Source of the DNA: an uncultured virus (IMG/VR IMGVR_UViG_3300006072_000005)
Lineage: Duplodnaviria; Heunggongvirae; Uroviricota; Caudoviricetes
Direction: 5' to 3' (one strand)
Virus record (IMG/VR): IMGVR_UViG_3300006072_000005
Length of the DNA stretch: 20,000 nt
Below the pieces are notes generated by a model. The model saw nothing but the letters and a program-made list of their open reading frames with translations. It did not search any database and was not told the origin of the DNA. Made by a program: the position numbers and the translations under genes. Within the stretch, counting starts at the first letter, position 1. Every line of letters starts with the position of its first letter. Positions 1 through 5,661 of the stretch are shown here, piece after piece.

Positions 1-517
1 CTTTAATAATGAACTGCTCTGGTTTCTTACCTTCGCTTTCATTTACAATAACTTTAATAATTTGTGCAGAATCGACCCAATTCCATTTTTGATTTTCTGG
101 ATCACGTACAAAGAATGCATCTCCGTATTTGAATGTGTTACGCACAATACGGAACATGCGAGTATCAAACTGTTGTAGCTTGTTCCATTGCTGTAGATAT
201 TCACCTAAGATTTTAATTTCAGCGTTAGTTGCTTTGTTGCGCCATTTAATAGCAAATGGACTCTTAGAATCTTTTAATTTTTGTGTGCAGAATTCTGCAA
301 GAATATCTAGTGCCGCATTAACTTCTGGATCGCTATCCATGACTTCGTATTGAGCATAACGTTCAATACGGTTTGGACTACCAGTGTACACATCTGGCAA
401 ATAGCTGGAATAATTTGTACGTGCTGGTCCTGGACGGTTTCCGCTAGATTGCCCGCTGATAGGGCTTAGTAACTGACCGTTAACAGGGACGGGTGTAAAA
501 TATTTTTTCCAACTCAT
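1..517 (-). CDS. Portal vertex protein (T4 gp20-like), N-terminal part; continues beyond the left edge of the window
   Basis: Absent from the ORF track because there is no stop in the window. ATG at 517, preceded by AAGGA, reads MSWKKYFTPVPVNGQLLSP...RIERYAQYEVMDSDPEVNAALDILAEFCTQ...FRIVRNTFKYGDAFFVRDPE. The Y..M..DPEV..A.D.I and ..YGD.F motifs match gp20-family portals. Confidence 0.85.
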   Translation of the reverse strand, partial: MSWKKYFTPVPVNGQLLSPISGQSSGNRPGPARTNYSSYLPDVYTGSPNRIERYAQYEVMDSDPEVNAALDILAEFCTQKLKDSKSPFAIKWRNKATNAEIKILGEYLQQWNKLQQFDTRMFRIVRNTFKYGDAFFVRDPENQKWNWVDSAQIIKVIVNESEGKKPEQFIIK

Positions 518-527
518 CGATTATCCT

Positions 528-2453
528 TTAGGCGTGAAGATCTGGATGCAGATCTTTTAAGGCACGTATTTGTTTATCAGTATTGCTGGCAATTTCAGGC
601 AAATGTGACATAAATGTATTTAACTGTCCTAGCAGTTGTTTGATATCAGTTAAATGAGCATCATTGAGTTGATTAACTTGAGCTCCGGCAGTATTACTAT
701 TAGTTTTTTGAATATCGCTTGAAATATTCATTGCAGTTCCGGCAACACTATTGATAATATTAGAAAATTGGGCTTCGGTGACCACTGCTTCTCGACCGTC
801 TAACTGATGCAGTTCACCGTTAGTATTAAAGTCGTGAAATAGTTCTCCCCACACTCCCATAGTTCCAGTTGCATGGGGTTTTACATTTCCAGTTAATTTA
901 TCTGAAGCCCAATCGAATGCTGATTTACCATATTTTGCAATAATGTCTGTAGCATTTTCTAAGCCTTTAACAAATCCAGCAGGCATAGTTTTACCTACAG
1001 CATCTGTTATTGCATTAAAAATCTCCTCGGTCTTACGCTGTATGTTGTCAGGGTTAAATGTATTAGGACTACCGTCCGGTTTTTGTTGATTTAATTTACT
1101 CGATATATCATATTTCAAAGCTTCAGAACCTAATTTATTTGCTCCTACTTTTAATAACTCACCTAGTAGTATTGTATTCTGTTGATTTAATATCTGTTGT
1201 CCACGAAGCATGTCTTTTGATAATTCTTCCTGAGCTTTTCTTTCTTTTTTCTGCTCTTCTGTTTCATTTTTTCTTTGTTCTTCGTCTTTTTCTACTTTTT
1301 TCGTATATGCCTGTATTATAGAAGTTACACTTGCATTTTTGTCTCCGCCTTCTTTTGATCGTTCGGCACGAATAGCTTCGTTAATGTTTCGATTAGCGGC
1401 AGATACTTTTGAAGAAAATTCTCCCACTTGGCTGCCTGCATCTGTGTAAAACTGTTGATATCTTACTCTGTCTTGAAATTCTTTAGTTTTTGTTAATTCG
1501 TTAATGCCTTGTTCAGCCGCTCTTAAATCGGCTTTTGCTTTTTCTTTGACCGCAGGTTCTGCATCTGACGCCATGGTCTTAGTATAATTTAATAATGCAT
1601 CTCTAAATTGAATACCAGGTGCACCTAACACAGCCAGTTGTTCTGATTGTTTTTGTGTTAAATTACCGTTTTGTGCTACAATCGCTTTGCTAATGTCTCC
1701 GACACCAAATGCTTTTAATTCACTTTCCATAGATTCAAAAGCGGCTCTCGCTCCTTCACCTAATTGATCGTATGCTACTTGTAAGGCCTCATTCTCTCTG
1801 GATTTTTGTATTTCTTCCATCTGGGCTTTTCTACTTTCGCCGGTCAGTTCAGCAACTAAAGATAATTGTTGCCCTAAATCACGTGTTGCTTGAAGAGTCC
1901 GATCGATGCCATCAGGACCTAGTCTACCCATTTTAGAATTTAATGCTCCAAATTGTGTAGCCGATATGGCTAGCAACTCATTGTAACCTTCTGTGTCATA
2001 TCCTAGATCTCTCAACTGTGTTGCAAAATCGCTCTTAGAAAGATCTTTACTCAATTGAGCAAATGCTTTTGTACTTTCCTCCATGCCGCCACCGAGTCCA
2101 GTAAAGCCAATTTTATTTTTATTGATTACTTTAACAAAGTCTTCTGTAGACAACATAGTTTGCAAAACTGCAATGTTGAAACCTACAAGATTTTTTGTAA
2201 ATGTTACGCCGGTATCGGACGCTTGTTGAAAATTTGTTATTAACTGTTCTGATGCTTTTGCAATAGATTGAAACGCACTTGCTACTAATTTTGCCGAGGT
2301 TACTACAGTACCAAACGTTCCACTTAGTAGTCCCATATTACCAATTAAATTTGTAATATTTCCACTTCCACTTCCAGCTCCAGAGCCAAAAGAGCTTCCG
2401 GCACTTTTGAATCCGTCTTTGATTGCGGCAATGATTTCGTCTTTATCTGACAT
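528..2453 (-). CDS. Probable tail tape measure protein (641 aa)
   Basis: Helical, Ala/Gly/Gln/Lys-rich sequence with a C-terminal HATGT..G...F......L.G.EAVVT motif like tape-measure C-termini. It is adjacent to the chaperone-like genes and has a late-promoter-like element upstream. Confidence 0.7.
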   Translation of the reverse strand: MSDKDEIIAAIKDGFKSAGSSFGSGAGSGSGNITNLIGNMGLLSGTFGTVVTSAKLVASAFQSIAKASEQLITNFQQASDTGVTFTKNLVGFNIAVLQTMLSTEDFVKVINKNKIGFTGLGGGMEESTKAFAQLSKDLSKSDFATQLRDLGYDTEGYNELLAISATQFGALNSKMGRLGPDGIDRTLQATRDLGQQLSLVAELTGESRKAQMEEIQKSRENEALQVAYDQLGEGARAAFESMESELKAFGVGDISKAIVAQNGNLTQKQSEQLAVLGAPGIQFRDALLNYTKTMASDAEPAVKEKAKADLRAAEQGINELTKTKEFQDRVRYQQFYTDAGSQVGEFSSKVSAANRNINEAIRAERSKEGGDKNASVTSIIQAYTKKVEKDEEQRKNETEEQKKERKAQEELSKDMLRGQQILNQQNTILLGELLKVGANKLGSEALKYDISSKLNQQKPDGSPNTFNPDNIQRKTEEIFNAITDAVGKTMPAGFVKGLENATDIIAKYGKSAFDWASDKLTGNVKPHATGTMGVWGELFHDFNTNGELHQLDGREAVVTEAQFSNIINSVAGTAMNISSDIQKTNSNTAGAQVNQLNDAHLTDIKQLLGQLNTFMSHLPEIASNTDKQIRALKDLHPDLHA

Positions 2454-2478
2454 AAAAAAAATCCTGAAAATATGCGTA

Positions 2479-2486
2479 TATAAATA
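2479..2486 (+). promoter_or_regulatory. T4-type late promoter TATAAATA
   Basis: Exact T4 late consensus about 30 nt upstream of ATG 2516; AGGAG ribosome-binding site at 2505-2509. Confidence 0.75.
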
Positions 2487-2496
2487 CTGTACACTA

Positions 2497-2504
2497 TATT
2501 TATC
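2497..2504 (-). promoter_or_regulatory. Late-promoter-like GATAAATA for the tape measure/portal genes
   Basis: Plus-strand TATTTATC; the same octamer occurs upstream of other structural genes at 4461-4468 and 14971-14978. Confidence 0.6.
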
Positions 2505-2515
2505 AGGAGCCTAAA

Positions 2516-3340
2516 ATGGCAGAAAACAACCCTTTACAGCAATACTTTAGACAACCAAAAATATTTGTAGATTTACCTTCTAAAGGGATCTATAATAAGC
2601 CCGGTTCTTTAAACAAACACAGTAATCTAGCTGTATATGGATTAACCGGCATGGATGAAATCATTTTAAAGACACCTGATGCTTTACTGTCAGGCGAAGC
2701 AATTACACGAACTGTTAAAAGTTGTTGTCCAGATATTACAGATCCTTATGAATTACCCAGTATGGATATAGAAATGCTAGTGGTGGCTATTAGAGTAGCA
2801 ACCTATGGCAATAGTATATCACTGACCCATACATGTAAAAAATGTCAATCAGAAAATGATTATGATGCAGATTTAGGAATTATTTTAGAACATTATAAAC
2901 ATGCGTCATTCTCTAACAAAATCAAAGAAGATGAAATTGTTATAAATGTAAGACCGTTATCATACAAAGAATCAAACAAATTCAACATAGAAACTTTTAA
3001 CCTTCAAAGAAGATTATTTCAAATAAACAATGTTCCAGAAGCTGATCAAGAAGGATTCTTGCGTGAAATATATGAATCGCTTGGAGTAATACAAACAAAC
3101 ATGATGTTTGAAAGCATTGAAAGCATTGAATTACCTGACACTGTGGTAGTTGAAAGAGAATTCATTAAAGAATTTGTAGAGAAATGTGACCGAGCTGTTT
3201 TTCAATCACTTAAAACACAGTTTGAAAATAATATTAAAAATATGAAGTATCCAGATATTGATATAGTTTGCTCTTCTTGCGATACAGCTGACAAAATTTT
3301 ATTGGAGTTAAATCAGACAAATTTTTTCGTTGGCGCCTAA
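2516..3340 (+). CDS. T4 gp26-like baseplate hub / tail assembly chaperone (274 aa)
   Basis: NPLQQYFRQP...LPSKG N-terminus, T..DEI.LKTPDALL.G and D...L..AIR.ATYG motifs, two CxxC pairs (CKKC, CSSC), and an NFF near the C-terminus. Confidence 0.8.
   Translation: MAENNPLQQYFRQPKIFVDLPSKGIYNKPGSLNKHSNLAVYGLTGMDEIILKTPDALLSGEAITRTVKSCCPDITDPYELPSMDIEMLVVAIRVATYGNSISLTHTCKKCQSENDYDADLGIILEHYKHASFSNKIKEDEIVINVRPLSYKESNKFNIETFNLQRRLFQINNVPEADQEGFLREIYESLGVIQTNMMFESIESIELPDTVVVEREFIKEFVEKCDRAVFQSLKTQFENNIKNMKYPDIDIVCSSCDTADKILLELNQTNFFVGA
3319..3328 (+). promoter_or_regulatory. Putative -1 programmed ribosomal frameshift site (A AAT TTT / T TTT TTC)
   Basis: Two overlapping in-phase X XXY YYZ heptamers. 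The -1 frame is stop-free and continuous with the 3346..3561 ORF. Confidence 0.7.
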
Positions 3341-3345
3341 CAAAG

Positions 3346-3561
3346 ATGACTAACGAAGATATTAAAGATTATCTTGTTAGGCTAGAAAAAGAAGTTTTAG
3401 ATTTTAAAGAAGAATTATTTAGAATAAGTTGGTTCATGCGTGGTGGAGTGAATATAAACGATTTATTTCACACGTACAGTCATGAAGATATCAAGTTGAT
3501 TTCAGAAATAATTAAGGGTAATACAGAAGCTACTAAGAATTCAGGCCTGCCACTGATTTAA
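3346..3561 (+). CDS. gp51-like small chaperone ORF (71 aa), probably the C-terminal extension of a frameshifted product
   Basis: Follows the gp26-like gene in its -1 frame; ISWFMRGG motif; no convincing Shine-Dalgarno before ATG 3346. Confidence 0.65.
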   Translation: MTNEDIKDYLVRLEKEVLDFKEELFRISWFMRGGVNINDLFHTYSHEDIKLISEIIKGNTEATKNSGLPLI

Positions 3562-4442
3562 TTCTTTTGCCAAGGATTTCCGTATTTTTTAGCAAACGCA
3601 TTGTCTGATGTATAGTTGGCAGGATCATGTAATAGTTTATCCGTGTCAAGACCATTGCCCGAAGCTGAAGTAGCGTTGATTGATGCATTAGGAGTTGAAC
3701 TGCCAGCTGTAGTATCTTTACTGTTAGAACTTGTGGCATCTACACCCAATGCTGTGCCAGCAGTGCCTGCCAAACCGTTAAGTTTGTTTGAAATTTTATC
3801 GCCGATATCGCCAGGTCCTAATTTCTTATCGTATCCAGCTTGGCCTTTGCTACTTAAGTCTTTTAGTTTGCCAGCAAATGTGCCTGGTCCTAAATCCCAT
3901 AATACTTTTACACCTGGATCGACCAAGTGTAGTACAACATAGGCCACGCATTGTTGACCTTCTTTGGTAGCTAGCCATTTTTGCAAATACAATGCCGCGG
4001 CTTCTTGAGCCAACAATAAAGCAATACTTTCTGGAGCAAGTATGCCCCCGGTAAAAATACCAGCGGCAGTTCCAACTACGCCAGTTGCAATTCTACCAAC
4101 TAAAAATATTCTAAAGAAAAATTGAATAACACGCAGTATAGCACCGCTTGCTATCATAGACACCACCATCTTTTCAGCTTCAAGACGCATGGCCACAGGA
4201 TAGTCTTCTTTTTCTAGCTCTCCAGCTTGAATCATCTTTTCAATGACCATTCTGTGTTGCATGAACTGATAGATAAAAGTGGCAAGATTCAAATACTTGA
4301 TGATTTTTAAATAACCACCAAGAACTTTTTCTGTTTTAAGTGTAACAGCTTTGCCGGAAATAGGTGTAGTACTGGCAAATTTATCAATAGCTGCCAATAT
4401 ACTACTGCCAGTTCCTTCTGAGATTATTTCATAAACTTTCAT
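3558..4442 (-). CDS. Hypothetical protein with hydrophobic segments, possibly head-packaged (294 aa)
   Basis: MKVYEIISE N-terminus, central hydrophobic Gly/Ala-rich helices, Ser/Thr-rich tail; CAGGA ribosome-binding site and GATAAATA upstream. Confidence 0.7.
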   Translation of the reverse strand: MKVYEIISEGTGSSILAAIDKFASTTPISGKAVTLKTEKVLGGYLKIIKYLNLATFIYQFMQHRMVIEKMIQAGELEKEDYPVAMRLEAEKMVVSMIASGAILRVIQFFFRIFLVGRIATGVVGTAAGIFTGGILAPESIALLLAQEAAALYLQKWLATKEGQQCVAYVVLHLVDPGVKVLWDLGPGTFAGKLKDLSSKGQAGYDKKLGPGDIGDKISNKLNGLAGTAGTALGVDATSSNSKDTTAGSSTPNASINATSASGNGLDTDKLLHDPANYTSDNAFAKKYGNPWQKN

Positions 4443-4460
4443 TATTCAATTCCTGTAAGA

Positions 4461-4468
4461 TATTTATC
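4461..4468 (-). promoter_or_regulatory. Late-promoter-like GATAAATA
   Basis: Plus-strand TATTTATC, 19 nt upstream of ATG 4442. Confidence 0.6.
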
Positions 4469-4478
4469 AAGTCATTTA

Positions 4479-4498
4479 AGAAGAACTTGCGTTCTTCT
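4479..4498 (-). other. Perfect 8-bp hairpin with GCAA loop (possible terminator or RNA 3' end)
   Basis: Minus strand reads AGAAGAAC-GCAA-GTTCTTCT; there is no long U-tract after it. Confidence 0.5.
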
Positions 4499-4562
4499 AT
4501 TCTTCGCTTTCGCTCGAACTATTAAGGATTAGTTAACAACACTTATAACGCGAAGCGTTTAA

Positions 4563-4935
4563 GATATTATCCAGATCGTTCAGTCACACTTTGCCCTGGC
4601 GGGCAAAATGACAAACATTATCCGAGTCGAACATGCTCACTCTTACGTTTTGGCATTACAGTGGCGGTCATCCGGTACCACGAGCCAAGTCTTTATATGA
4701 CGGCAGTCTAATAAACAACGTAAAACGTTTATTAAACCCGAGGTTTCTCTCCTCTCTTTTAGCCTGTAAAATATATTTTCTTGCTGATCAAACGGGTTTA
4801 TTCATAGGCATATCCCATCCGCGTCCTGTAAAGGATAGTGATCCAGCTACTCTGCGCCAAGCAGAGATTCCTTGCCGCCACACATCAGAGCGGATTCAGG
4901 GCACAATACTATCGCCTGTGCGGGCTTATTTGGCG
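4563..4935 (-). ncRNA. Candidate large structured non-coding RNA, family not recognised
   Basis: GC-richer intergenic region with about ten stems found by eye and two possible loop pseudoknots. Stem extensions work as G-U pairs only on the minus strand. Boundaries are approximate. Confidence 0.6.
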
Positions 4936-5379
4936 TTATTTTGCCTGGTTTTCTTGAAGTTTGCGAATATGCGAACCATGTACACGCACTTGAATATGAC
5001 CATTATAATAGTCATTTGATTCTAAAACTCTGCGTGAAAATTGTTCTCTAGCCTCTATATAACTGCATTCTGCCTTGCTTCGACAGAGAAACAGTATCTC
5101 TCTTGTAAAATTTTCTGTGCCTAATGCCGTAACATCCTTGCTTAATTCTGGGCTTGAACCATAATATTCCCGCCAGTCTGAGTCAATTTTGCTACGAATT
5201 TTCTTTTTTTTCTTGTTGCCGTTCTTTAATTTTACTGTCTTGTATGTGGTTTTTGAGAATTTAGCTAGTTTTTTGCCTATGTACATGCGACCGTTAGTAG
5301 TGTTTGTTATGATATAAACAAATCCTATACAGTCTTCTGGTAGTGTTTCTATTGGTTGAGATTGATAAGTCCAAGACAT
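4936..5379 (-). CDS. Short single-domain GIY-YIG endonuclease (endonuclease II/Seg-like, 147 aa)
   Basis: GFVYIITNTTNGRMYIGKK motif, Y.GSS, F.REIL, a catalytic-type Glu in YIEAREQ and a YYN motif. Confidence 0.9.
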   Translation of the reverse strand: MSWTYQSQPIETLPEDCIGFVYIITNTTNGRMYIGKKLAKFSKTTYKTVKLKNGNKKKKKIRSKIDSDWREYYGSSPELSKDVTALGTENFTREILFLCRSKAECSYIEAREQFSRRVLESNDYYNGHIQVRVHGSHIRKLQENQAK

Positions 5380-5391
5380 TAACTATGTAGT

Positions 5392-5661
5392 TTATTCGGA
5401 CTCACCCTCCCCTGCCTTTTGATTTGCCTTGCGTTCTGCCTTGTTTTTATCTAACCATACGCGATACTGTTGCACATGTTCCCTGCGTTCCCGGGCAATA
5501 ATGCGTATTTGTGCCAGCCAGTATCGCATGTTTTCCCCAGCACGACGAGTCCCACGAGCTTGCCATTTTTGATTTTCTTTAAAGTATTCCTTAAAAGCAT
5601 GCATCAAACGCTCATGTGACTCTTCATTTTGATAGGGACTGGGTTCTACGTGTCTACTCAT
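5392..5661 (-). CDS. Small basic helical protein, possibly histone H1-like (Hc1-type) DNA-binding
   Basis: 89 aa, Arg/Lys-rich; the RGTRRAGENMRYWLAQI....RERR segment resembles the G.KAAG.RARK.L..I....K..R pattern. It overlaps the end of gp46. Confidence 0.5.
   Translation of the reverse strand: MSRHVEPSPYQNEESHERLMHAFKEYFKENQKWQARGTRRAGENMRYWLAQIRIIARERREHVQQYRVWLDKNKAERKANQKAGEGESE

Noticed and set aside
2694..2700. Isolated GCGAAGC in the gp26-like gene
   Set aside because: It is a single occurrence with no extended stem or neighbouring hairpins, compatible with chance.
4620..4640. GTTCGAC T-loop-like sequence suggesting tRNA or tmRNA
   Set aside because: No T-stem, acceptor stem, cloverleaf or CCA end can be built around it.
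4561..4935. Group I or group II intron hosting the GIY-YIG gene
   Set aside because: No interrupted host gene is evident because the flanking ORFs look complete. There are no correctly ordered P/Q/R/S elements and no group II domain V; AAGATATTATCC at 4561-4572 only loosely resembles the S element.
4633..5019. 128-aa plus-strand ORF across the intergenic region
   Set aside because: It has a non-ATG start, no clear ribosome-binding site and no recognisable motif, and it overlaps the GIY-YIG gene antisense. The region is better explained as structured RNA.
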